Shown piece by piece: positions 13,201 to 28,200 of a stretch of DNA of 64,000 nt; the stretch's first letter is position 1; every line of letters begins with the position of its first letter. A program made the position numbers and the translations under genes. The notes beneath the pieces were generated by a model. The model was not told where the DNA came from. It ran no database searches and worked only from the letters and a program-made list of their open reading frames with translations. The stretch is from Podarcis erhardii (Eukaryota): the NCBI GenBank assembly GCA_964252035.1, contig OZ176200.1. One strand, written 5' to 3'.

Positions 13201-16200
13201 GGATCCAGCAAATCCTGGGCCAGTTCAGTACACTGAGACGGTATTTGCCCATAATGGTCACCTATCCCTCATCAAATTGTCCATTGGGCTGAGATAGGAG
13301 GAATGATTTGCCCAATGCCTTCCTATGACTTTATGGGTCCAGCAAGATTTGGGTTGGATGCTTCTTCTTCACGAACCACACTACCCCAATTTGTAAAGCA
13401 AAAGAGCAAGCTACTCACAACACCACCTTTTCCTGCTTCTCTATAGCAAATGAAATGGTTCTCAATTTGACCGGGTAAATACATACGTCGCTTAGAATTT
13501 CCTGGGCTCTTTTAGCCATAATAACATCGTGCTCCTCAGGTGAACAGTTCCACTGATGGAGGTAAGTTCGGTATTCAAGGTCACTAAGGATGTACTGGCA
13601 TTTCTTAGCCAACACGTGGTTTATCATGTCACTTGGGATATGAATGTGTGCCTTGGTGTCCTCATAATTCTTCCTGTAGGCCAGCTAGAAATCAGGAGAT
13701 TAAGATGGAAAATATATGTTTGTTTTTTCACATTATTCAGACTCAAGGAAGAGCCCCACCCAACAACAACAACAACAACAACACTACTACTACTTACCGC
13801 ACTCCTTATTTTTTGGAAAGCAAGAGAATGGACAACACTTGGGAAATCATTTATTTGTGTCCCAGCCAGATAATGGCCCTTCTGCTTCTCATACCCTTCT
13901 TTATATTTGAGCTGTGAAGTGCAAACATGGGACACGTTAGATAAGACACATAGCAGCCCCACAAGCAAACAGTGGCAAAGTAGTTAACGAGGGAAAGAAG
14001 GGTCACACTTACCTCGCTGTTAATGTAATCAGCATGTTTGGCACCCACAATAGGGATGTAGTCTGGAGGCAGAGTGTACCCAATGGCCTTGGTGGATTCC
14101 CATGAATCCTTGTACAGGTTCTAGACGGCAAAAGGTGCACATGGGATATAAATGAGCAGGATGTTTTCCAACAAATGTAATCATTGGCGAGCAAAAGCAA
14201 ATCAACTAAACCACTATGCATTCTCTACAGCACAATCTAGGACTCTTTCAATTTTTCCATAGCACAACACTATATAAATACTTCCTTGAATTAAATTTCA
14301 TTACCTTCACAGGGTTGTCTACTATATGTCTACTATATGTCTAACTATATATGGCAGCAGCCCTCAAGGGTCTCAATGAGATGTTCTTTCCAGCTATACC
14401 TGGAGCTCCCTGGAGCAGAACCAAAGATGTTCTGCACTATGTCCTAGTGCTGTACCACTAAGATATGGCACCTTCCCAATGGGTGAAGCTAGTAGATGGG
14501 GACTTGTCTAAGCTAGGGACCTAAAGTTCCCTACCTGTTAGCACCTATTTTTATACAATATCCTCAATGTGCTATTCACCCAGAAGCCTGAAACTTTATC
14601 ATCGAAAACAAACACTTCCTAATTTTGTGAAAACACTAAGCCAACTTTTGTACAGTAGGCTACATTCCAGTCGTGCAGAAGTCAGGACTTTCTACACATG
14701 CACAAGCAAGAGGATTGTTACAATGAAGCAATCAAGGAGAAGGTGGAGAAGGATCACAGGCCTGGAAGGGATCACGTGGCCTGAGGTTCCCTACCCCTGT
14801 AGTAACACATGGAGTTTTCATTATTAGATACACGAACAGCAAGAAACTTACATCACTGTACAGTTTAGCCATATCTCTAGAATGACTCAGGGCTGGAGTG
14901 TCATCAGAACCAATGTAGTGGCCTCTTTCAAGGTTAAAGGTTTCTTTGTATTTCAGCTAGAGAGAAAAATTAAATAGAGTGTTAACCCATCATTCCACGT
15001 GCTACCACACACACACCAGGATGACATATTCAGTATGCTGTGCTTCTTAAGGGATGAATGTCTTAATCAGCTTCTTGATGCATGAGGTGAACATACTAAA
15101 TGCTTCATGCTGGGGTGTTTTCTTTTATCCTTCAAATTCACTAAGTTATGAAGATCATTTTGAGCTCCTTTGAGGTGTCTCGTTGTTTACCTATGTTTGT
15201 TATTACTTCTGAATGATATAGCAAATTCAATGTCATACCATCATTTTGACAGAATTATTCTATTTATTTATTCTAATACCTTTCTCCCAAGACAGCACAC
15301 GTTAAAACAAATTATACAACACATATTCTGTTTAAACATTTCATTCTTCATGAATTGTGAGGCAACTCTTCCATACGCCATCTTAAGGGATATGCCACAA
15401 AGAATTATTTACACAAAAATACTGTCATTTCCCTTCGCAGGACTACTTTGGCATGTGGTCGTTTTTAAAATATTGTCGTATGTTCCTGAACATTTGAGTT
15501 ACACAATACCTTCTTAGTTCTAGCTGTGGTGATCAAGAGACATGACACTTTTATAATATATGAAAGTATGTATTTACTCAGAAATTCTGATTTAAAGGAT
15601 ACTTACATCACTCTGATTAATTGCGTTTGCCTTTGCCAGAACAATAGCTGGAGGGTCTTCCACAGGTGTGAAATTGGCAAAATTATCAATAGCCTCTTTT
15701 GTGTAGAGTCTCTGTAGGTAGACATGATTTGATTATCATAAATAACAGTTACAGGAAATGAATAGGATGCTGCCACAAATGTGTGAAAATTGCATCTTAC
15801 CTTATCAATCAAGTTCTGAGCGTTCTTCACTTTCCGATGCTCCACTGAATCTAAGGGAATCCAGCCACAGCCGCGGATCCATTCCAGATCAGATTTATAA
15901 ATATTCTGTACATATTTAAAAAGTTGAAGAATATTATTCACACCTATGCAGACAAAAGGACAAGCTGAGCCTTGATTTCCCTTCCCAGGCAATTGCTCTT
16001 GGGTATACCAATATCAAACTCTTAAACTGGTGCGATCTGATTGCAAAAATCACTTACATCGCTTTGAAGGTCATATGCTTTCTTTGCCTGGATGCAGTCA
16101 TTCTGATCAGGGTGGCAAGTCCATTCATGAAGGTAATGGCGATACGGAATTTCACTGACAACATGCTGGCAGTCTCTGGCTGCAATGACAGACAGTATAT

Positions 16201-19200
16201 CTGGAGGTATATGAATTTTGGACTTGGTTTTGTTATATGCCTGTTTATACAATCTGTCGTTCTGGATCTTGCCAGCATGTTCAAACCACACCAGTTTCGG
16301 GTCCTCTCTCATATTATTGACACCGACGTAGTGACCTCTTTGGTGGACATAGTCTGCCTTGTATTTCAGCTGAAATGGGAAAACACAGGTTCTTTAAATA
16401 TCTGCACTGGATCTTTCCTAATCCTAACTCTCTGGGTTATCCTTATGATTTCATGAAAGCATATCTGCTTTGTTTACTTGGTGGTCTTCCATCTCTGGGA
16501 ATAGCATGCAAGAGTTTTCTTTAAAAGAAGATGAACCACTGAAACAAAAGATATGAAGGATGGGCTCTTTGATAGCGACGGAAATCTGTGTGATTTTAAA
16601 GCTAAAGAGTGTTTACCTCGCTTTGGACATCACTTGAATGCTTGGCATGACGGATAGGCACACTGTCGTGAGGCAAAAGATAACCAGTAGCTTTCTCTCT
16701 TTCCCAATTCTCCTTGTACAGATGCTGTAAAACAGAGAATTAAAGGGTTACATAAGGACTGTCACTGATTCCATTAAAACAAAACAAAACAAGGAAAGTA
16801 CATACATGATTAAGAATCCTGGCTGCTTCTTTAGCTGCATCTAACTGTGGCGTGTCTGTCAGCGTATAGTTTGTCTTGATGTTATTCCATTCCTGGTGGT
16901 ACTTAATCTGAAAAAGTAAAATATACATAATAAAAGTCTTTTAGATTTACAAGTTATATATGTATAACTAGACTCACACAATAAAACTCAGTGAATTTTT
17001 AAGGCCCCAGTTTCCACAGATACATGGTTTAGTTTTTGTGGATGAAGAAAATCTGTCTGATGTGCGTACACTGAACTGAATCAAAATAAGAGGTAATACT
17101 TACATCACTTAGTATTTCCCCGCCTTGTTTGGCTGTGATATAATCAACCCTGTCAGCCACTGGTGTAAACGGTTGTTTGTCAACTTTTGTGCGATACAGT
17201 CTCTGCGCAGAAATAAAAGAAAAGCAATGAGGCCATACAATTGATTGCACCAGCAATAAGTGAAAAGAGAGAGAGTTGAGGGGAAAATATTCAAGGACAG
17301 GGACTGTCTCCTTTTTAATGTTTATCTTGCTTTCTGTCCTCTCCAGACCACATTCAGTAACAGAACCACCACTGTTGAGTTAGGATCTCTCATATGATAA
17401 TGAGGCACTAACTTTCCAAAAAGGTTTTGTCCCCCAAGTATAAAATACCCAGACCTTAATATCAAGGCTAGATATTGCCTATCCAAGCCCAAAGTGCTGG
17501 GTGAATGAGCCAAAACATAAGTGGGGAAACTTGACTTCCTGTTTCCCCCCCCCAAACAAAATTACTTTTGGAACCACAGTAATAAAATAATAATAAATAA
17601 TAACAAAATTTTATTTATATCCCGCCCTCCCCAGCCGAAGCTGGGCTCAGAGCGACTAACAACAGTAAAATGACGCAACATTCTAAAATCAGTTGGTTCC
17701 AAACTACAAGAAAAAAGATTCCACCTAAACATTAGGAAGAACTTCCTGACAGTAAGAGCTGTTCGACAGTGGAATTTGCTGCCAAGGAGTGTGGTGGAGT
17801 CTCCTTCTTTGGAGGTCTTTAAGCAGAGGCTTGACAACCATATGTCAGGAGTGCTCTGATGGTGTTTCCTGCTTGGCAGGGGGTTGGACTCGATGGCCCT
17901 TGTGGTCTCTTCCAACTCTATGATTCTATGGTAAAAGCAGTTCAAATCAGATTAATGGCAACCATTGGGCTCTGTGAGGATTGCCAAAGGAGGGGGTTAG
18001 GTTGTGCCCTGGCCAAAGGCCTGGTGGAACAGCTCTGTCTTGCAGGCCCTGCAGAAAGATGTCAAGTCCCGCAGGGCCCTAGTCTCTTGTGACAGAGCGT
18101 TCCACCAGATCGGAGCCACAGCTGAAAAAGCCCTGGCTCTGGTTGAGGCCAGCCTAACCTCTCTGTGGCCCGGGACCTCCAAGATGTTTTTGTGTGGGGA
18201 GGGAGGGGAAGATAATCCTGCCTCAGGAAATAGCTATGTGAAGGATAAGGTATAGTAACAAACAAGAAATGTCACTGGCAGGATTAGTTTTAATAAGCAT
18301 CATTCTTTCCCAAATATGGGGACGCAAGATGGGGACACTAATGCCAGAAAGTGGGGCCTCCTTATTGAAGAAATTATCTAGTCTGCAATCCTATGTACAT
18401 TTACCTGAGAGTAAGTTTTATTGATCTCAGTGGGAATTATTTCTGAATATACACTTATAAGATTGCGCAGATAACAGGTCTTTTGTATACTTGACAATAT
18501 TTTGACATGAATTTGCTTTGACTTGCTTTCTATTTTGCTAGATGCCATGTTTTGTTATACTGACATGCATTTTACTATTTTGTGCCAGTTGCGTTGCTTT
18601 CTGCTTTGCTTTTAGCCACTTTGGACTTCATTTGGGAACATAAAAAAATATAAACATAAATGAAATGCAAACAAAAGAAGGCCAATTTAAGAAGGTGGCG
18701 GACTCTCCTTCCTTGGAAGTTTTTAAGCAGAGGTTGGATGGCCATCTGTCATGGAAGCTCTAGCTGAGATTCCTGCATTGCAGGGGGTTGGAGTAGATGA
18801 CCCTTGAGTCCATTCCAACTCTAGGATTCTATGAAAATCTCTGCGAATGATATTTTTAACTAGTTGTTATTACCTCACTTAAAATGTCCTGAGCGTGTTT
18901 GACGTGATTGACAGAGACAGAGTCATTTGGCATCCAGCCAATTCCACGCAGCCATTCCAAGTCAGATTTATAAACAGCCTGCAGAGTCAGGGGAAAATAA
19001 GAACAGTTATTTGCAACACCTTTTCCCCTGCATGGAGTGTTTCATACCATACTTGATTGTTTTTAACTAAAAGGGAAAAGAGGGCTTGTTTTCCAAGAGC
19101 CTACAAAAAGAATGGGATAATAGAAAACTGAAAGGAGGAACTATTCAGGTACAGAATATGCCAGGAATAAATATTACACTCCCCACTTTGATTATGCTGT

Positions 19201-22200
19201 GTCTACCACCATCTTGCCTTCTGCAGAAGGCAAGATGGTGCTATATCCTATGTTTGCTCGACATATTCAAATCAGGTAATACAATCATGAAAAGAATGAG
19301 AGCTCAAATCTATACATAATGGAAAGCAATTAACTTTGTATGCATGGATGCATGTGCAGAAGTGAGGCCTCAATGTCCTTCTGTGTGCTTTCTTAAAGAC
19401 GTCTGGTGATTGTTCAAACAATACTGAATTTATATTTTAAAAAATCACATATAGTATGGATCTTACCTGTTCACACAAGTATTCTAAATATTTATTATTT
19501 TTTATGAAAAGGAATGTAATAATTGTGGAGACAAAATATCAAACACTTATCATTGTAGAGGAAAATGAGAGACAGAGAGTGATAGACAAGAAGCTATCAA
19601 GAAAGAGGAATTTCAACAAGAACCAAATCACTCACGTCACTCTGTAATTCATACGCTTTCCTGGCTTGGATGACATCATTCTGGTCAGGGAGACACGTCC
19701 ATTCATGCAGATAGCGGCGGTAATCAATGTCACTAACAAGCTTCTGACAGTTCTTGGCCAGCAAGACGGACAGCATGTCAACAGGGCTGTGGATCTTCGT
19801 CTTTAATTGATTATATACTTTCTTGTACTCCCGCTCACTTTGCATTTTAGCTACATGCATAGCCAATACCATCTTGGGATCATCGTTAATGTCTCGGCAT
19901 CCCACATGGTGTCCAAGTTGCTTACGGTAGCCTTCTTTGTATTTGTACTAATAGGATTTGAAAAAATACGTATACAATTAGAATCTTCATCTACGTTATC
20001 TCAGACTGTAGAAAGATTGATAAGATTGGCAAGAGTTTTCCATTTAACTCTGTTCCTAAGATGCTAAACAAAGGCTGCATTCATGCTCACATTTACTTGC
20101 AATCTATTGAGCAAATCACATATTTTTGAATTCTGTGCGTTACCTATCCTTTACCTGACCTTTTTTTTGACCAATGGCAGAGCATAATATTTCATCAGGA
20201 TAGTTGACAATTTATTTGGAGCACGTGCACAGCCTTCGCCAAGATGGCACCCTTCACATGTTTTGGACAACAACGTCCATCAGTCATGTTGGATGAGGCT
20301 GATGGATGTTTTAGTTCAAAACATCTGGAGGGCACTAGGTTAGTGAAAGCTGGCCCATAATGTCCTTATATCTTGCCTTGAACTGAGAGCTTTAATATAT
20401 TTTTTGTTTCCTGCATTTTAATTCCATTAGATACAAAAGTCCAGAGACAATGGATTACCAAACACTATCAAAATTCTATTTGCATACTTACATCACTGGC
20501 AATTTCTCTTGAGGCTTTGGCTGTTTTGATTGGGACTGCATCTGCTCTCAGGTCAATATATTTCTTCATGTCATCCCAAGATTCCCTATAAAGTTTCTAC
20601 AATAAAAAACCAAAAACATTATATTGTCATTATCCTCTTGCAGCACTGACATATACCATATTTTTCACCCTATAGGACGCACTGGCCCATAGGATGCACC
20701 TAGATTTGGGGGGGGGGCGAGTTTGCGGGGCTGGTGACGGGGAGGAGCAGGCTTCTCCCCCCTCCGCCAGCCTTCTAACCAAGTCGGGGGACAGCGGGAA
20801 AGGCGCGCTGCGCCTCCCGCTGTCCCCCGAGTTTGTGGGGCTGGCGGTGGGGCTCTCCTGAAGCCTGGAGAGCGATAGGGGTCGGTGCGCACCGACCCCT
20901 CTCACTCTCCAGGCTTCAGCAAAAGCCTGCATTCGCCCCATAGGACGCACACACATTTCCCCTTCATTTTTGGAGGGGAAAAAGTGCATCCTATAGGGTG
21001 AAAAATACAGTATATGAAAGCTCACTGTCAATCGGCTTTTACTTTTTCCTAATCACTCCTGTTTTTGCAGGTAAGAGTTACAGATTATCTCCATATAAAA
21101 CTATGTAAGGAAAAGTATTTAAACTGCATGTAAGTAACTGTGGATAACAAGTGCTAACATCTGTTTTGTGGCATCTCCACAAGCACAATAGATTGCTAGT
21201 TTGCACCTATGCAGGTGCAATAACCCACATAAAATTTACATGGGTGCTTGCTGCATAATGAACTTGTAACATCCAAAGCCCACCTCATCTGAGTAACTGA
21301 AGAAGGTTGTAGAGTTGTAACATAAGAAGAATGGTAGCAATTTACTTACATGGCTCACATTGATAGCATTAGCCCTGGACAGCACGATTTCTGGTGTGTC
21401 TGGCATCACATGGATCATAACTTTATCTTTATCCCAAGCTTCTCTGTATTTTGCCTGAAAAAAAAAACATCAAAATTATCTCGTAATTCCTTCTGCACCA
21501 GTGCTCACATTCCTACATAATTTCCCTTTAACTTTAGGAACATGAATAACTTTTCTATTAATACAAATAGATGCTTCATGTTACAAACTGATAGGGAGGT
21601 TTGCAGCATACTTAAAATAATGTCACATTACTCAAAGGAGTTACATACAAGACTCAGTTGCTCAGCGTTAGTTTTGGCAAGGACAACTTCAGGAGTGTCA
21701 ACGATGTTGGTAAATTTCAAACGATCCCGAGGAGTGCGATAAACGTTGTCACTCAGAATTTCCTGGGCAAATTTCACCCTCTTCACTATTGGAGACTCAT
21801 GCGGGATCCATCCAACCCCCCGGAGCCATTCCAGATCTGATTTATACACAGCCTATGAGAGAAAATTTCAGAGAGGGAGAGCAAGATATTTCAGTTCAAT
21901 TCAAAAGAAATACTTCATGTGGTAAATACTGTAGAATGAATGGAACTTCAGAAAGTTAGGATAAAGTTGTCTCAATTACATCATCAGGATCTAAGCAGTA
22001 CTATCTCTCTGGATTAGGCCAAAATGTTTCTTTGACCTCCACTTGTTTTTCACACCAGCATTTATAGCTTTGATCAGCACTATGCTGGCTGGGGAGTTGT
22101 GGACCAAAACATCTGGAGAGTTCCAGACTTGTGTAGATTGGGCTAGATAGAGTGGGCAGAAAGATAATCAAATCCATACATATGACAGCCCTCCAATCGG

Positions 22201-25200
22201 TTATGGATTCATTAGCTATTTTTAGATATGCCAAGTCTATCACATCACTCTTGTCTGTGTTGGATATTCTGAATTAACAACATTTCAGTTCTTCCTCCCA
22301 AGGTACTCATGATGAATTCGAGTGAAGATTAAATTACGTGAAAATGTGACAAGACAAGTTTTCATTAACACAACAAAATAAAAATTAAGAAAATGAAATC
22401 TTCCACAACTATCTATCATAATGTCTCTTTTGCTTTCTGTCCCAGCAGTAATGTGTGTTTGCAAAAGACAGATATACTTACATCACTTTGCAAAGGACAG
22501 ATATACTTACATCGCTCTGTAGTTCGTAGGCCTTCCTTGCCTGGATCACATCATTCTGGTCAGGCAGACAAGACCACTGGTGCAGATGTTGACGATAGTC
22601 CACCTCACTTACTAAAGACTGGCATAGCTTGGCTGCTTGGACAGACAGCATGTCCACCGGTATAGTAATATTGGCTTTGGATTTGTTGTAAGCTTGCTTA
22701 TACAACCGGTCATTCTGCATCTTCAATACTTTGGCAGCAAATGAAAGTTTAGGGTCCTCCTTCACTGAAGGGCATCCAATGTAGTGGCCTTTCTGTTTCT
22801 CATGAGCTTCTTTGTACTTGTACTGAGCAAGAAAGAGAATTGGAAGTCACAGTTATTTGATCAATTTCCAGGAGAAAAGTTAGAAGTTCTTGAGGCTTCA
22901 GTTTTTAAGGGATTTAGCTATGGAATAATGAGAGGGTAAATAAAACATAGTACGGCTCCCTTATTCTGTCTTTATGAAATATTTACCTGGATTTGTTATT
23001 AGGGATGAGAGAGAAATGTGGTTCATTTTACATTTAAAGTCACACTTCCATAATTCACACTTTATGAATACTGTATACAGAAGTGTATATGTATTAGGAA
23101 AAATTCACACAAAAATGCTAATGAATTTTTATTAGAACTAAAAAAAAACCCCAAAACAAGTCAATGTGGAAATGTGGAGAACTGACATTTTTGGCCACCC
23201 CTAATTGTATACATCCTGAGCCTAAGTAAAAAGATGTATTTTTTTCAAATAACCGGATATATATGTGGTTGCAAATTATACAAAGTCACAATGTCTTTTG
23301 AAAGGCGCAGACCACTTTGTTTAATAGTGAAATGCTACTGATGAAATTTGGCTATCCAAATAAATAGTTCAGAAATGGCAATCATATGCATTTTTACTTG
23401 GAACAAAGCCCAGTTGGGCATGGTGGAATTTACCTATCTGAGTAAAAATGCATAGGATGGTGTGCTCAGGGTGCTAAACTTGATTTGGAAACTATGCAAG
23501 ATTATTTTATTATTATTATTTAATTAATTAATTTATATACAACCTTATACACGGAGGTCTCTGACATTCCACAACTTAAGAGAAAACTTTAAACTGATTG
23601 TAAAGAAAGGGGAGGGGGGAACACTTGGGTGTTTTTAACAACAAGAAGCAACAGATTTAATTATTGCAAAGTCTTTACAGTGCCAAATATCTCCAAATTT
23701 ATCACAGTTAGCTCTTTGGCATTTAAAATAATGGACTATATTAAACTTTATGAATGTTTGAAAGAAGACACTTTCATAAATTGTAAAAGAATGGAAAGAA
23801 TGATGTCATAGACATGCAGTAGAGGATCTTGTATATGGGTGGATAAATACGGTTTTGAGACTGAATTATCAAATTGTTCATATACTTTGACATGTACACT
23901 CATCATATGAAAAGATATAGCCATTTGAGAAGTAAATGTCAAATAAAAGAGATTGTACCTCACTGGCAATTTCTCTGGAGGCTTTGGCATGCTTGACTGA
24001 AATAGCATCACCTCTTATGTCGTATCCTTTTGCTTTGGCCTCGTCCCAGGCTCCAGTGTAATGTTTCTGCAATCAGAATAAAATGCACAGTTTTCAATGT
24101 AATCATAAAATACATGATGAAAACCACTATAGACATTCCTCAATCAACACTGCGATCCAATGCAGGTTTACTTAGAAGTAAATCCAACTGTGCTCAATGG
24201 ACCTTACTCCGAAGTAAATATGGAATGCATAGGACTGCAGCCAAAAGAGTAAAAATGTGAATGCTGTGTAATATGACACATACAAACACTGCATAAATAT
24301 AGCTTATACAAATATATTTGTTTGCATGTATGCATACGTCTTATATAACTGACGCTGACAATTTATTTGGGGCCTAGATAAGAAACAGAATGATTGTGGG
24401 GAAGTACAATTTAGTAATAATAGAGCTTGACAGGCAGAAGATATTAAAGAAAGACTGACATTATCCAAATCACAAAATCATCAAAGCGTGTAACAATGAA
24501 ACACTCTGACAACGTTGGGATTTGGAACAAGTCAGTCTCTTTTTAATATCTTCTGTCCATGAAGTTCAGTTAATTCTCTTTATTACGTCTGAATAAAAAC
24601 TCACAAGTAAGACCCAAATGCCTTCTTGTTTTTAAGAACAGTTAATGGTGGGAAGTTGCATTTGACACAGTTGAACAGGTACAGATGCATCACTACACAC
24701 ATTCCACTCATGGGTATATAGTTAGTTAATTCTCTTACATTGCTGATATTCAGAGCATTAATCTTGGACTGCAGCATCCCAGGGGTGTCTGAAGGAAGAT
24801 GGAACTGAGTCTTCTCTTTATCCCAGGCTTCACGATACAGATTCTAAGAAGGAAGTGAAGGTATAAATGATTGCATTGCATTACAAAAACCTCTTATTTT
24901 TCAAAGGTATGCAACTTTAATTCACCCGTTCCCAATACCAATTTGTCATCATAACAAATACAGTAACTGGGTAATCCCCAAGCTTACCTCACTGACTTGT
25001 TGGGCATTGATCTTAGCCAGGACAATGGGTGGTGGGTCAGCAATACTTGTAAATTTCAGTGCATCTGGACGTTGCTTATACAATCTGTCATTCAGGATAT
25101 CTTGGGCGTGCTTCACTTTGAGCACTTCCACAGAGCCCTCTGGCATCCAGCCAATACCACGCAACCATTCTAGGTCTTGTTTGTAGGCGTTCTGCAAAGG

Positions 25201-28200
25201 AAACAATTATTAACAATATGGCTGAAAATGTTTCCTCCAATTTATTAAGAAGGCTGTTGCTGCCTCTCCGGCTCTACCCATCATAATACAGAACTTCCAT
25301 GGCTGGTCAATCACAAGAAGTACATACCACTAATGTGGGTATTAATAAACAGCCCTCTTTTTATCCCTTTTCAAGCTGCATATGGCAGAACAACAGTACT
25401 GGCCATGAGTAATACAGATTCTAGTAAATAACTCCAACTCAGGGCATGGGCTGCTTAATGCAGCTTAAATGAATTCTTTTCACACCTAAAATTCTCTGGA
25501 ATAGAAAGTAAAAGACCAATTGAAATGGACACCTCTAGAAGCATTTAGTTCTATGCAGGTGCCACAAATTCAGGTTTTGGTGCCTTACTTCTTCAGTTCA
25601 TGGTAGAGTCAATTAGCTTTGTATGCATGGATACATATGTTGAACTGAGTTCTCAATGTCCCCTTGTGTACTTTCTTAAAGAAGTATGATGATTGTCCAA
25701 ACAATACCAAATTTATATGTTAAAAAATTCACATGTACTATGGCTCTTAATATGTGTCACGTGTTCACAGAAGTAAAACGTTTATTACTTTTTAATGAAA
25801 AGATATATAAGAATTGTGGAGACAAAATATCATTGTAGAGCCAACAGTAATATTCCACCAAATGTCATGACAGAGGAAAGAGAGTGATAGACAAGAAGCC
25901 ATCATAAAAGAGATATTGCAACAATAACAAAATCACTCACATCGCTCTGTAATTCATACGCTTTCCTGGCTTGGATGACATCATTCTGGTCTGGCAGGCA
26001 GGTCCATTCATGCAAGTAGTGGCGGTAATCAATGTCACTAACAAGCTTCTGACAGTTCTTAGCCAGCAAGACGGACAGCATGTCAACAGGGCTGTGGATC
26101 TTCGTCTTCAATTGATTATATACTTTCTTGTACTCACGGTCACTCTGCATTTTAGCTACGTGCATAGCCAATACCATCTTGGGATCATCGTTAATGTCTC
26201 GGCATCCCACATGGTGTCCAAGTTGCTTACGGTACCCTTCCTTGTATTTGTACTAATGGGATTTGAAAAATTACGTATACAATTAGAATCTTCACCATAG
26301 CTATCTCAGACTCGGAGCTTTTTTTCAGCTGCAACTCACTTCTGGCACTTCTCATTTGGGTGCCATTTAATTGGTAATGTAAATATTCAGCACATGCATA
26401 GATCTTTGAATTTTACACATCCTTCATCTGACTTTTTTTGACCAACAAGATGAAAGCTTTGGTGCTAAGAGATTAATATTCTACTTCAGAAACCTTCATC
26501 AGGATACTGGACATTTTACTTGGAGCATATTTAAAGCAAACAGCAGCCTTCGCCAAGATGGCACCCTTCACATGTTTTGGACAACAATGTCCATCAGTCA
26601 TGCTGGATGAAGCTGATGGATATTTTAGTTCAAAACATCTGGAGGGCACTAGGTTAGTGAAAGCTGGCCCATAATGTCTTTATATCTTGCCTTGAACTGA
26701 GAACTTTAATATATTTTCTGTTTCCTGCATTTTAATTCCATTAGATGCAAAAGTCTAGATACAATGGATTACCAAACACTATCAAATTCTATTTGCATAC
26801 TTACATCACTGGCAATTTCTCTTGAGGCTCTGGCTGTTTTGATTGGGACTGCATCAGCTCTCAGGTCAATATTTTTCTTCATGTCATCCCATGATTCCCT
26901 ATAAAGTTTCTACAACAAAAAACCAACAACATTATATTGTCATCCCCTTTCAGCACTTACATATTTATGAAAGCTCACTGTCCATCAGCTTTTACTTTTT
27001 TCTAATCACTCCTGTTTTTTGCAGGTAAGAGATGCCTTAAACATTACAGGTTATCTCTATATAAAACTATGTAAGGAAAAGTATTTAAAGTGCATGTAAG
27101 TAACTGTGGATAACAAGTGCTAACACATCTGTTTTGTGGAATCTCCGCAAACACAATAGATTGCCAGTTTGCATACAAACAGCTAAATAAATTCCTTCCA
27201 GTAGCACCTTAGAGACCAACTAAGTTTGTCATTGGTATGAGATTTTTTGTGCATGCACACTTCCTCAGATACGGAGTGTGCATGCACACGAAAGCTCATA
27301 CCAATGACAAACTTAGTTGGTCTCTAAGGTGCTACTGGAAGGAATTTTTTAATCTTGTTTCGACTATGGCAGACCAACACAGCTACCTACCTGTAACTAG
27401 CTAAATAAATGCAGGTGCAATACCCCACCTAGAATTTACATGGGTGCTTGCTTCATCAAACTTATAACATCCAAAGCCCCCTTCATCTGAGTAACTGAAG
27501 TAGGTTGTAGAGTTGCATCGTAAGAAGAATGGTAGCGATTTACTTACATTGCTCACATTGATAGCATTAGCCCTGGACAGCATGATTTCTGGTGTGTCTG
27601 GCATCACATGGATCGTAGTTTTATCTTTATCCCACGCTTCTCTGTATTTAGCCTACAAAAATACAGAATTATCTGTTAATTCCTTTCCGCTGAATAATTA
27701 AAATAATGTCATGTTGCTGAAAGGTGTTACATACAAGACTCAGTTGCTCAGCGTTGGTTTTGGCAAGCACAACTTCAGGAGTGTCAACGATGTGGGTAAA
27801 TTTCAAACGATCCCGAGGAGTGCGATAAACGTTGTCACTCAGAATTTCCTGCGCATATTTCACCTTCTTCACTTCTGGAGATTCATTGGGGATCCATCCA
27901 ATCCCCCGGAGCCACTCCAGATCTGATTTATACACAGCCTGTGAGAGAAAATGTCAGAAAGGAAGGGCAAGATATTTCAGTTCAATTCAAAAGAAATACT
28001 TCATGTAGCAAACAGAATGAATGGAACTTCAGAAAGTCAGGACAAACTTGTCTCAATTACTTCATCAGGATCTAAGCAGTACTATCTCTCTGGACTAGAC
28101 CAAAATGTTTCTTTGACCTCCAGTTATATTTCACACCAGCATTTATAGCTTTGATCAGCACTATGCTGACTGGGGAGTTGTGGACCAAAACATCTGGAGA

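Larger units (their letters stand above)
19325..23065. repeat. Intragenic segmental duplicate, distal copy (5 exons plus introns); paralog at about 25610-29162
   Basis: Exons and introns align by eye at an offset of about 6.1-6.3 kb; boundaries approximate. Confidence 0.9.
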
